Source: Chthoniobacteraceae bacterium
GTDB taxonomy: Bacteria > Verrucomicrobiota > Verrucomicrobiia > Chthoniobacterales > Chthoniobacteraceae
Direction of reading: 5' to 3'
Assembly: GCA_040081625.1 (NCBI GenBank)
Contig: JBEBGD010000003.1
Location: forward strand, 17,865 to 81,864
Length of the DNA stretch: 64,000 bases
The notes under the pieces were generated by a model. That model was not told the DNA's origin. It saw only the letters and a list, made by a program, of their open reading frames with translations, and searched no databases. How positions within the stretch are numbered: the stretch's first letter is position 1; each line of letters starts with the position of its first letter. The position numbers and the translations under genes are program-made. Positions 33,101 through 42,900 of the stretch are shown piece after piece.

Positions 33101-33846
33101 ACGTCAGCTTCCGCGCTGACCGGCTCCGCCGGCTCGCTCACCGCCGTCGTCAGCCCGGACACCGGGCACTGCGTCACGCGCTCTGCGTCCGCGGGCGGGA
33201 GCTCGCCCACTTCCAGCACGCGCACCGGGCTCTCCGCGAGCGCCATCACGCGATCGATCGCAACGCCATGCACGGGCACTTGCGAGAGCGAGTTCTGCCC
33301 GGTCCGCCGGCCATAGACAAACGTGCGCCACTCCTCGTCTCCCACTCGCGTGAAGCGCCGCACCACCGGCTCCGCGGGATCGCTGCCGGGCGACACCGCC
33401 TGCACCTCGACATCCGCCGTCGCCTGCACGCGCTTCTCGAGTTGGGCGACGACTTCGGGCGGAAGCTGCCGCCGCACGACCATCGGCACCGCCGTCTCGA
33501 TCGCGCGGCGCGGATCGTCCTGGATGAGTTGCTTGAAAACTGGCCGTCGCGCCTGCGCCTGCCGCACGCCTTCCGCGACCAGCGAGGCTCGCTCAGCGGG
33601 TGCGGCTGCGAGGAAGCGCTGCGTCCACGCGGAGAAGCCGGGCAGAACATCCGCGGTCGGCGCTGGATTCGCGACAACTGCCGATGGAGCACGCGCGATC
33701 ACGCCGGGCCGCGTCTCCGCAGCGGCACTCGCGGCACCTTGCGCAGGCGCCGGTATCTGCGACGCGCGGCGGGCAGTGCGCAGCGCCAGCACGACGCCAG
33801 CGACGAGGGCAACGGAAAGGACGGCGATCAGGATGCGAGAACGCAT
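27166..33846 (-). CDS. Giant (2226 aa) membrane-anchored multidomain protein: metzincin-like protease + PKD + CarboxypepD_reg-like + about 8 Calx-beta + ConA-like lectin module + conserved C-terminal module
   Basis: N-terminal TM anchor MRSRILIAVLSVALVAGVVLAL, the Zn motif HEIGHNVGVWH and a PKD motif FWDFGD. The Calx-beta signature repeats (F.v.RTG......l.V.y...GTAt.G.DY......tIpAG.....v.v.p..D...EG.E.v.l.L). One lectin-like module has W-LRVRR-G...S.D..W. The C-terminus is DIDGDGF..AEYAFGTDPG...RFMRAKVSQ. Confidence 0.9.
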   Translation of the reverse strand: MRSRILIAVLSVALVAGVVLALRTARRASQIPAPAQGAASAAAETRPGVIARAPSAVVANPAPTADVLPGFSAWTQRFLAAAPAERASLVAEGVRQAQARRPVFKQLIQDDPRRAIETAVPMVVRRQLPPEVVAQLEKRVQATADVEVQAVSPGSDPAEPVVRRFTRVGDEEWRTFVYGRRTGQNSLSQVPVHGVAIDRVMALAESPVRVLEVGELPPADAERVTQCPVSGLTTAVSEPAEPVSAEADVVQVGERVIYMCEGGHIRVFEEEMVAAEGGTGGAAGITAPAASSFANGPRTLLYMRLAFPDDQQEPQTEAAAWTAISQLNSYFQEISFGKIYYLASVPPLIILPRSEAWYAADYTANGSNTPIMTDAKDAARRMGYNPDNFSHYTVIYTGGPGSFGGLGSVGGSNVWLKSTSLGVFAHEIGHNVGVWHGNSWDSGKASGVAWNASMARDVIGGGANGEYGNSYDVMGSSGAVSGNKGHFMTPHKNLLGWLPNEVVTTVSANGTYRIFPMDQTVLDPARRYALKIAKDADRDYWVEFRQKYNADHRWFKDGVALGWSAWGQNLDTTTAGSNRGGQFLDTTPGSADGKNDGPVVIGRTFSDRESGVHITPIAKGGTTPESIDVVVNTGDFPGNNAPVINSLMADTTTPAVNGTVSFTVDATDADSDTLAYFWDFGDATYGTNAANTSKQFTTARHHAVRCIVSDRKGGETSRLLLVTVGTPATFTASGRVLDGIGNPMPEVRIQNGSSGTSFRGAWTDSNGDYVVTNLAAGAVTLTPVLGAYTFTPASYAVTGSTSPTGRDFTAIEPVRVTVEATDADAAETGGNPGTFRLTRTGSTTAALVVYTDLQGDASTGDYTLSPTADTTTISPLELFTIPAGSDTLEITVTPVSDTTREGPEVLRMVLIPRTTYTITGKAGADVVIDDTGTNGSASRVSVVALDGDADEAGDPGTFEIRRTGPVDSALNVTIALAGTSNTAAATNGTDYASIASPVTIPAGEASVTVTIDPTNDALVEGQETVQLTVSTSTLYGVGVPSSAIVRIADDDIPTVSIAATDATATEGGADTGLFSISRTGDTTNPLVVEYTIGGAALHGVDYLPLPGTITIPAGAASAPVLIVPVDDAHGEPAQTVILQLRNDPRLLLDAANLATVTINDNDLTVVAVGVSDSICNEPTASGAFRITTTGTGAGNIIVRYIISGTATSGVDFATLTGTLSIARNTSSTITVVPINDALIEDAETVTLTLTPDPAYQVDVLQPASTLVIRDDDQANTVNVSFTTVTMAENGGASKIFLSRTGSTGSATTAGALNISYQLSGTATAGADYTALPGTATIPDLASSVSVDLAGIDDSLAEGAETIVVTILPGSYSIESGSASLIVTDNETTGFARTASFASRSTVKTEGDAPFAIPVVLSAADPVNPVVVDYIIDTNSATGSGVDTNLVGGTLTFAPGETQKNISTTVVDDLLPEMEEHLTLKIAYASNAGLTSSGSYHTLFIRDNEPRVSIAATDPVAHEQGGEPAFVTISRTGPLTAALTVNLAIAGTATSGADFNAISTAATLSAGQRSITRTLTPLTDAAVEGTETAIITVLPSTKFSIAGTGNAALSILDSGTDHPPTVRIASPAKSEIALPAGIGLMLNALVSDDGAPGSVTSVWSMASGPGVATFGDNGAPGTTAKFSAGGRYVLRCTATDVALQSGSAEVAVVVAPGTSPWTSGDIGITGTNATGADDVREGFVQNQGSGSSITSTSDSFHFAHTEMEGDGEIVARFEGVDGAFGSSRLGVMLRESTAANSRFVAFTFVSTSSVAWIYRATVGGMATTASSSLPPGPRWLRVRRVGDLFTAEHSVDKVTWTQVGTSQTIALASTLRAGIAVTSGNTTRPARGLFTDVRVTGAPENTGPLVDAAPTSTVPGAAFKALAGTAFDAGAGELSTQWSQVSGPAAAAFLDPAARATTASFPAEGDYTLRLTADDGEVVSFDEVQVQVQFATLAPVAGVPASEAGVQAGQIIVSRDSALDGPLTVYYTSSGTANSADFVALPGSLVIPAGASSAEIFVTPQADTIAEGDETVSVTLSANPGYHLPAPPTVALTLQDLPIDAWRFAQFGAEANNPAVAGPLADIDGDGFCTLAEYAFGTDPGSANTNPVVTDLAAVGPDIFLRLSVAKNPAATDITYEVLATSDLSAPASWSSGGLIIEENSPTTLRVRDSVPASGGTPRFMRAKVSQ
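32539..32571 (-). other. Metzincin zinc-binding motif HEIGHNVGVWH in giant protein 1
   Basis: Codons read on the minus strand (cacgagatcggccacaacgtcggcgtctggcat). All three His residues, the catalytic Glu and the Gly are present. Confidence 0.85.
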
Positions 33847-33994
33847 GTTCGGGAAGCGGAAGTCAGAAGGGAGAGGGAACCGGAGGTGAAGCCGGCGCTT
33901 CGTCTATAATTGCCATAATTCAACCGACATTCCTTGTTCCGCCCCACGTTGCTCCGGCCCGGAAGTTGACGCTTCGTCCGCCGTTTCGCGATGC

Positions 33995-36900
33995 CTACTG
34001 GCTCACTTTCGCGCGCATGAACCGCGAGCCGCCGCTGCTCATCGGCATCGAGTCGCGCACCCGCAGCAGTGTGCTCGTGTTCTCCTCGATGATGAGTCCG
34101 TCGCTGCTCCAGTTCATCGGAACGGTCATGCCGCTGGTCGCCTCGACTTGAAAAGTCACGCCGCTCGCGTCCGGGTTTTTCGGGATCGCGAGGCGGAGAA
34201 ACTTGTCGGGCCCGATCGTCGCCTCGTCGAGCGTCCACGGCGCGGCATCCATCACGCCTGGAGACAGGCCGACGGCCCACTCGAGGAAATTCGTGAATCC
34301 ATCGTGCTCGGGATCGGCGCCGGGCGCGGCGTTCGGGTCGTTCGGGTCGCCGCCGAAGTTCTGCGCCTGCCACTGCTGGAACGCGCTCTCGTAGTGCGTC
34401 ATGAGCGCATCGCGGAAGGTGACGATGCCCGTATCATCCGCGCGCAGGCGCAGCGTGTAGTCGCCGAACTGCGGGAAGCTCGCGCTCGTGTCCACCGCGC
34501 TCGTGTTGCCGAACATCACGTTGCCGGGTCCGGCCGCCTTGCTCCACGTCGTCGCGAGCGAAGTCGGCGCGGGATTCCCATCGTCGATCACCGTCGCGTC
34601 GAGTGTCGCGTCGCCGACGGTGGTGAAAGGCAGCGCGCTCAGGTCGATGTCCGGCCCGATGTTCAGCGGCTCGATGGTCAGGCGGGTGAAAGTGCAGGTG
34701 TTCAGCGTGCCGGTCGCGCCGCTCGCGTTGTTCACGTAGAAGCCGACCCAGACGGGCGTCGTCATGATGACCGTCTGCGCCTGGCCGATCTGCGTCCACG
34801 CATTCGGGCCGTTCGTCGCGACGTTGTGCGTGGCGCGGTAGCCGGTGATGCTGTTGCCACGGCGCACGATGCGCATCCAGTTGCCAGCCGCGATACCGCT
34901 GGGCACGCCGCCACCGCCGCCGGCGGCGATGCTCGTCCAGTAGTAGCCGCTGTAAGCGCCGGTCGGCATTCGTCCGAGATGGAGCTGCGCGCCGCTCTCG
35001 ATGCTCTCCGCGACGCGGATGCCGCCGCTGCTGCTGCCCGCGCCGGAGCTGTAGGTGTTCAGCCGCGCGGTGAAGACCATGTCGCCGTAATACTGCCAGC
35101 CGTAGAAGTAGCCGGTCGTCGGTCCGGCGAGCGTGTAAGTGGTGCCGTCGAAGCTGCCGCTGCCCGCCAGGTTCGGCGCGGTGCCGCTGTCCTCATTCAC
35201 CAAAGCGGGACCTCCCGGCGCGGGCGTGAGCGTCACGTTGTCGAAGATCGCGGTGGCGCTGCCGGCGGTGCTGTTGTTCGTCGTCGTGAGGCCGTAGTGC
35301 GCGTTCGTGTTGAGCAACGGGATGACGACCGGACTGCCCACCGCAGTCCACGCGCCGGGAGCGCCGCTGACATCCGGCGCGTAGCTGGCGCTGACTTCGT
35401 TCGTGGTCGCGTTGCGCTCGAGCTTGAGCCAGCACGGCAGCGCCGGCGCGGTCGCGCCCACGCTCGTGTCGTTGCCGGAGGTGGCGCGGGTGCGGAACTG
35501 CAAGCCGGTGCCCGGCACGTAGCCGAGCACGGCGCGAGTCGAGCCGCGTGCGAGGGAATCGCGGATCGTCACGCCCGCGAGCGCGGTGGCGACGTTCAAG
35601 CTCGTCAGCCGCGCGACGACGCTGCCATCGCCTGTCGCAGCGCGGACCATGATGTGCGCCTGGTCGGTGCTCGTGGAGGCGTAGCCGGCGCCGGTGCCCG
35701 TGACGCTGAACAGCCCGCCGTATTCGAGCCCCTGCCCGCGGCGCGCGGAAGACGGCCCGAGATCCTGCGTGATCCAGTTCGACGCCACGAGCCCGCTGCC
35801 GGCCACGATGGTGATTTGATCGCTCGCGGTGAACTGCGTGTCGCTCGCGGTGATGCGCAGCACGTAGGTGCCCGGCGCGGAGAAGGTGACGGCGGTCGTC
35901 GCGGCGCTGGGCGATTCGATGCTCGCGGTGCCTGGGCCGCTCACGCAGCTCCAAGTCGTCGTGAGTGGAGCGGGGAAGCCGTCATCGCTCACGCTCGCGC
36001 TGACGATGACGCCATTCGCGGCGGCGATGAGCGGCCCCTGCGTCGTCGGGCTGTTGATGAAGACGGTGGGCGGGTTGTCGTTGTCCGTGATCGCCACGTT
36101 GTCGAACGACTGTGCGCCGATGTCGTAGCTGCCGGTGTTGAGGGAAATCGTCACGTCCTCCGGCCCCTCGGTCGCCGCATCGTCCACGGGTGCGATGTTG
36201 ACGACCTTCGACGACTCGCCCCCGACAAACGCGACCGTTGCCGCCACGTTCGCGTAGTCGGTCGTGTTCGTCGCCGTGCCGGAGATCGTGAGATTAACCG
36301 TCAGCGACCCCGTCGTCGGCGCGGTGCGCGTGACGGTGAACTGCCCGGGATTGCCCGCCGTTTCGGACGCATCGGGATCGTTCGCCACGATCGTGACGGT
36401 GCTGCGGTCGTCATCGGCGATGGTCACGGTCGCGTTCGCTGGCGTGCCGAGCGTGTAGGCAGCGTTGGCGGTGAGGGTCAGGATCACGGTCTCATTCCCT
36501 TCGTTCGTCGCGTCCTGGAGCGGCGTCACCGTCACGGTCGCGTTCGCCTGACCGTCGAGGATGGTGGCGTTGCCAGGCGATGCGATGGCCGTGTAGTCCG
36601 TCCCGCTCGCAGCCGTGCCGCTGCGCGTGAAGTTCACCACGAGATTGCCCGCGAGCGAACCCGCGCGCGTTATCGTGAACGTCCCCGTGTCGCCGCTCTC
36701 CGCCGCGCTCGCGTCGGTCGCGACGATGTTCACGGTCGGGAAGTCGTCGTCGGTGATCGTGATCGTGTGCGCGCTCGCGCTTCCGAGGTTCAAGTTGGCC
36801 GGAGCTTGCAGCGTGACGGTGAAGTTCTCCGCTGATTCGACCGCGGCGTTGTCCGTGATGGGCACGGCGATGATCTTCACGCTCTCGCCCGCCGCGAAGT

Positions 36901-39900
36901 TCAGCGTTCCGGTCGTGGTCGTGTAATCGCCGGGCTGCGTCGCGCTGCCGTCGGCGGTGATGAAATCCACGCTGCACGGCGCGGTGGCCGGCGCGCTCAG
37001 TGCGACCGCGATCTGCACCGTGCCCGCATTTTCCACCACGCTGCTCGCGCCAGTCGCGAAGCCCACGTAGGGCTGCGCGGGCGGGGTGTCGTTGTCGAGG
37101 ATCGTGTAGCCGTGGTAGCTGAACGTGCCGAGTCCCGCGCCGAGGGGATTGATGAGCTGGATCGTGATGAGGTTGTCCGGCTCGTCCATCGTGTCGTTCA
37201 CGACGGTGAACGTGAGGTTCTTCGTCGTCTGGCCCGGGTCGAACGTGAGCACGCCGGGCGGCAGCACGAAATCCACGCCGGAGCCGAAGGCCGTGGTGTT
37301 GCTCTGCAAACGATAGCGCTGCTCCATCGCGCCGCTTTTCACCCACCCCGTGTGAACGCCGCGCGCATAGTGCGTGCGATCGTCGCGCACCATCACGCCC
37401 GCCTGCGCGCCGTTCGCACCGCCGGTGAGCGAGGTCACGCGCGCGATCAGGGTGAAGTCGCCCGTGACCTCCGTGCTGGGAAAATGCGCCTCGTCGCTGC
37501 CGGTGGCGATGCCCGCGCCGCTGCCGGTCACCGTCCACACACCGGCGTTGTGGCTTTCGTCGCCCTGCGCGTTAACAAAGCCGATGGTGCGGCCGCCGAG
37601 CGTGGTCAGCGGGCTCCCGTTGAGCGTCACATTGTCAAAGGTGGCCGTGGCGAGCGCTCCGTCGCTGGCGGCGGAGACCGCGAGGCCGGCGAACACCTTC
37701 GGTGCGAAGGCGATGCCCGGTGCCGTGCCGAAATCCGTCCAGCTCACGCCATCGCGGGAGAAGCTCTGGGTGAAGACACTGCCCGCGCGGACGGTGCGCG
37801 CCCACATCGGCGGCACATGCCCGGTGAAGGCGCTGCTCAGCGTGGCTGTAGCGCCGGCACCGGTGCGGTGGAGCGTGTAGAAGTTTCCAGCGGCGACGCC
37901 GGTGCCCAGTGAGGAGGCGTGAACAGCGTTGCCCGCCGTCGAGGCGCGCAGCATCACTCCCGCGCGTGAACTCGTGGAGCCGCTGTTGCCCACGCTGGTG
38001 ATCCGGGCGGTGACGGTGCAGTTCGCGGAGCCGTTGACCGGAAGATACACGAAGCGGAAATTGTCCGCCGTGCTGTTGGTGAGGCCGTTGCCGGAGTTCG
38101 TGAAAGTGTAAACGCCGGACGAGGACGAACTGCCGCCCGTGACCGTGCCAATACTCGCCGCCACCTCCGCGCCGGTGCTGCCGCCTGAGAGGTTGCTGAC
38201 GCTGAAGTTATCGATGGTGGTCGTGTATTGCGTCGTCGATCCAGGCGCGAAAACGATGCCTGCGAGGTAGCTCGTGTCGCCGAGGCCGGAAACCGCCACC
38301 GCGCTGCCTCGCTCCGTCCAAATCTGCCCGTCGTGCGACTGGAAAAAGGCCACAGTAGTTCCCGTCTTCACGAGCCGGACCCAGTGCGGCACGGCGCTGC
38401 TTGTGTTGGACGCACTCGATCCCGTGCTGAAGGCGCCCGTCTGATATTCCACCGTCACCGGCGACGCCTGCGCGGAGGAGAGCACCACGGGGATGTTCAC
38501 GGTCGTCACGCTCTCGCTGCCGGTGGAGCTGGGTGCCTGGAAGCCGACGGTCGCGGTGACGGTGTCGTTGTCGGTGATATACATCACCGCGCCGACGCCG
38601 CGCGCATAGGCGCCGGGCGCGAAGTCGAACAGGATCGTCTCGGTGCCCTCGAAGGTCGTGTCGTTCGCGACGGTGATGGGCACATCCACGCCCGTCGCGC
38701 CCGCCGGGATCGTGACGCTGGCCGGCGCGGTGTAATCCACGCCGCCGCCCGTCGCGGTGCCGCTGTAGCTGCAATTCACCGTGACCGCCGAGGTCGTGCT
38801 GCCGAGGCGGGAAACGTAAAACTTCACCGGCGTGGTCGTCGCGCCCTCGGTGAAGCTGATCGCGCCGCTGGTGCCGACCTGCGTGTCCACGACGAGCGTG
38901 TTCACGTTGTCATCATCGCGCAGCCAGGCCGTGGCGCTCGTTGTGGGCGCGTAGGTTTGATAATCGACAGTCGGCGAGAGCGTGACGGAGATGGTCTCGA
39001 AATCCTCTGGCTCCGTGTCGTTCACCGGCCAGCAGATCAGATCGAATGTCGGTGCGTTCTGCGGGATCGTCGCGCTGGCAGGCGAGCCGGAAGTGTCCAC
39101 CGACCGTGCCTCGTAAACGCTGCCGCTGTCGCCGCTGACCCACACGTTATCCGCGTTCGCACCGGACACGGCTTGGAAGGACGGGTTGTTTGTCGTCACG
39201 CGGGATGAAGACCATGAGGAGCCGTCCAGCGTGCGCAGCAGCATACCGCTTGATCCGCTGATCCACACGCTGCTGGCATCGCTGCCCCAGATGCCGTTGA
39301 GATCCTGCGTCACGCCGGAGGTCTGCGCCGTCCATGTGGTGCCGTTGCCTTTCAAGATGACGCCGCCGACGCCCACGGCCCACAGATTCGTGGCGGAGCT
39401 GCCCCAGACGCCGCGCAGGTTGCCCGTGGTGCCGGAGGTCTGCGCGGCCCACGCGGTGCCGTTCCATTTCAAAATGGTGCCGGCATCGCCCACGGCCCAC
39501 ACGTTGTTCGCGTCACTCCCCCAGACGGCGTAGAGGTTGGTCGTCGTGCCGGAGGTTTGAGCTGACCAACTTGTGCCATCCGTCGAGCGGCGGATCGTGC
39601 CGGTGTTGCCCACGGTCCACAGGCTCGTCGCACTGCTGCCCCAAATGCCGCGCAGGGTGTTCGTCGTGCCGGAGGTTTGAATCACCCATGCGGAGCCGTC
39701 GCCTTTAACGATGCGCCCGGAGTCACCCACGGCCCACAGGCTCGTGGCGCTGCTGCCCCAGATGCCGCGCAGGTTGTTGGTGGTGCCGGAAGTCTGCGTC
39801 GCCCACGTCGCGCCGTTTCCTTTCAGGATGCGGCCGGCATCGCCCACCGCCCATAGGTTCGTGGCATCGGCGATCCACAGGCCGCGCAAGCTGGTGGTGA

Positions 39901-42900
39901 TGCCGGAGGTCTGCGCGCCCCAGGCCGTGAGTTTGTAGTCTGTGGCCTGATCGGCCGTGCCGCCGACCGACAACTCGATGGGAATCGCCGTGCCGCTCGA
40001 GCCGCCGCGCACGGTGAGACGGAAGTTCGCGCTCGTGCTGCCCTCAACGGCGTTCACGGTGTTCACCACGTCGATGTAAGGCGTGTCGCCGGCGGCGTCG
40101 GTGATGTTCACCGTCGCGCTGTTGCCCGTGCCGAGGATGTAATTGGTCGCGCTCGCGCCGAGCGTGAGCACGCACTGCTCGACGCCCTCGCCCACGCCGT
40201 CGAAACGCGGCACGATCGTGACCGCCGCCGAATCCTGGCCCGCGGGGATCTGGATCAAGCCGGGCATCCACTCGAAGTCCACGCCGTGCAGCGCCATCAC
40301 ACCGCTGGCGTTCGTTCCGGAGAATGCATAGTAGATCGTGAGCGGCTGGCTCGTGTCGCCGGTGCGCGAAACGAGGAACGTCCCCGTGTCGGCGGCGGCG
40401 CCGGGGATGCTCAGGTCCACCTCCGTGGCCGTCGTGTCCGTCGCGGTGACGCTCACCGTTTGCAGATCGTCGTCGTAAATGCTCGCGGTGCCCGTCGTGG
40501 CCAGCGTGTCGATGATGTAAGCCGCGTTCGTGCTGAGCGTGAGGATCGCCGTCTCGATCGATTCGGAGAGCGAGTCATCCAGCGGTGCGACTTCGACCGT
40601 CGCGGAAGCCAAGCCGGACGGGATCGTCACGCTGCCGCTCAGCGCGGTGAAATCGCTCCCGCTCGTCGCCGTGCCGGTCACGGCGTAATTCACCGTCAGC
40701 CCCGCCGCGGTGCTTCCCGTGCGCGAGACCGTGAAGACCGCGGGCGACGCACTGTTTTCCGTCGTCGTGGCCGTCGTTGCGGCGAGGCTCACTTTCGGCA
40801 GCAAGGTGTCGTCGTCCTCGATCACGACCATGGCGCTGGACGCGGAGCCGACGAGGTAGCCGTTGCCCGGCCCGAGTTGCAAAATGACCGTCTCCGGTCC
40901 TTCGCTCGACGCATCGACGACCGGCGTCACGATGATGTCGAGCATGTCGGAGTCCGCCGGGATCGTGAAGGTGCTGAAGCCTTGCGAACCGGTCACATAG
41001 TCCGGCGTGAAGGTGTAGTCGGTCGTCTTCGTCGCGCCGCCGAGAGCGGTGTTCACATTCACGACGAGATCCTGAGAGGTGTCGCCCGTGCGCGTGACTC
41101 GGAACGCGCCCGGCGTGACCGGCGCGAGTTCGTTCGCGCTCGGAGCCGGCGCGGAGATCGTCACCACGCTTTGCGCAGAGGCCTCGAACTCCGCGCCGCT
41201 GAAGCTCGGCCCGACGACGATGCTGTTATTAAACAGCTCGCTGAACGTGTAGCCGTAGAGCAGCGGCGTGAGCGTGTAGGTGTTCGCGCTCAGGTTCGGG
41301 ATCGTGAAGTAGCCATCCGCGTCCGAGATCACGCCGTTCGCGTTGTTCGCGGTGACGACGACATCTTGCAGCCCCTGCCCGAGCAGCGTCACGCGGCCGC
41401 TGATGGTGAAGGTCGCCGCCGAGCCCACGGTGATGAGCTTGTTGCGCGTCACCGTGCCGCCCTTCATGTCGCTGGCCGTGCAGGTGACGATGAACGTGCC
41501 CGCCGCAGTGAACTGCCGCGTGATCACGTTCGAGTTCGGCGACACGATCTGCGTGCCGCCGCCGAAATGCTGCCAGTTGAAAGCCAGCGGATCGCTGTCG
41601 GGATCGTTGGCCGTGGCGGTGAAGGTCACCGTGCCATTCAGCGGGATCACCTCCGCGCTGGCGGCGAGCGACATCGTCGGCGGCTGATTGCCGGGGGAGC
41701 TGCCGAGGTTCACTTGCACGTCGAGATAACGCGGACTGTCACTTGCCGCCACGGCGGTGACGTAGATGCCGCTCTCGGTGTCGCCAAACGTGGCCCCGAG
41801 CGAGATGGGCGCGTCGGTTTTTCCGTAAGGTGAGCCGTTGGTCGTGTCGATGAGCTGGAAATTTCCGCCGCCGCCGCTCGGGAAGCGCCAGCCGAAGACG
41901 AGGCCGTTTTTCGCGAAGGGATTGCTGTCGAAAAGCGATCGCACCATGCCCCAGTAGGTGCGCTGCACGTCCTTCTGGATCGTCAGCGCATAGCGTTTCG
42001 ACGCATCGAGCGAGCCCTGATCAAACGCATGGATGCGGTAGAGCCCGCTCTGAGTCACGGGCTGCAAAAAGGCGCCCGGCAGCCAGCGGATCTGGTTTTT
42101 TCCCTGCGCATTGTAGTGGCCCGGCGGCGTGCCCGCGCCGCCCATCACATCGTAGCTGTCGCCGTATTCGTTGTTCGCGCCGTTGCCGATGCTGCTCGTG
42201 CCTGCGGTGTCCCAGAAATTCGAGTGCCCGAGCCCGAAGCAGTGCCCGATCTCGTGCGCCCACAGGCTCACGCTATCGCTGCGGCACCACACCGTGCTGC
42301 CGCCCGCGAGCCCGCCGTAACTGCCGGGGCCGCCATTGTGCCGCATCACCACGCAGTCGTAGTCGCTGGAGTCGAAGCCGAGCTTCCGTGCTTCGTTCCG
42401 CGCGTCCACATGCGAGATGCTCGTGCCGCCGATGTCGCCGCCATTGCTCGTGTCGCGGTTCACATACCACGCTTCGTTGTGCGGCAGCTTCACCGGCGGT
42501 GTGACGACGCCGACGAGCGACAGCCGGCCATACGAAGCCTTCGCGTAATGATCCGCCACGTCGCGCAGCGTCGTATAGAGCGCCGCCTCGGTGGAAGGGA
42601 TCGCGTTTTGATCCGCGTAGGTCGTCGGGATCACGAGCACTTTCACCTGACCAAGCGCGGGAGTCGGGGTGGACGGCAGGATGCCGGAAAACGCGAACGA
42701 ACCGCCCGTGACGCCTTCGCCGTAGAGGATGGTCTCGTTTTGCATCGCGATGTGCGAGCCGTCGCAGAACGTGATGATCTCCACCGGCGTCTCGACCGCG
42801 GGCAAACTCTCCGGCACCACGCTCGGCACGCTCGCGGGATCGAGCACGATCTTCCCCGACACCGGGCACTCGGACACGACCGGCTTGCCCGGCGGCATGT

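Noticed and set aside
33905-33910. Perfect TATAAT hexamer on the plus strand in the giant-gene spacer
   Set aside because: No plus-strand gene follows, and it would only drive an antisense transcript into the 3' end of giant gene 2. It has no matching -35, so I treat it as part of an AT-rich patch rather than calling it a promoter.
34148-36835. 895-aa plus-strand ORF, and many other long plus-strand ORFs inside 27.5-43.5 kb (for example 30460-32511, 40286-41833, 42029-43519)
   Set aside because: They are antisense or off-frame shadows of the two giant minus-strand genes. Their translations are Arg/Ala/Gly/Asp low-complexity with no motifs, while the minus-strand frames carry clear domain signatures.
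39100-39925. Possible CRISPR-like or non-coding tandem array
   Set aside because: The period is about 123 bp with no short unique spacers. The repeats are in frame within the giant ORF and translate into propeller-blade-like units.
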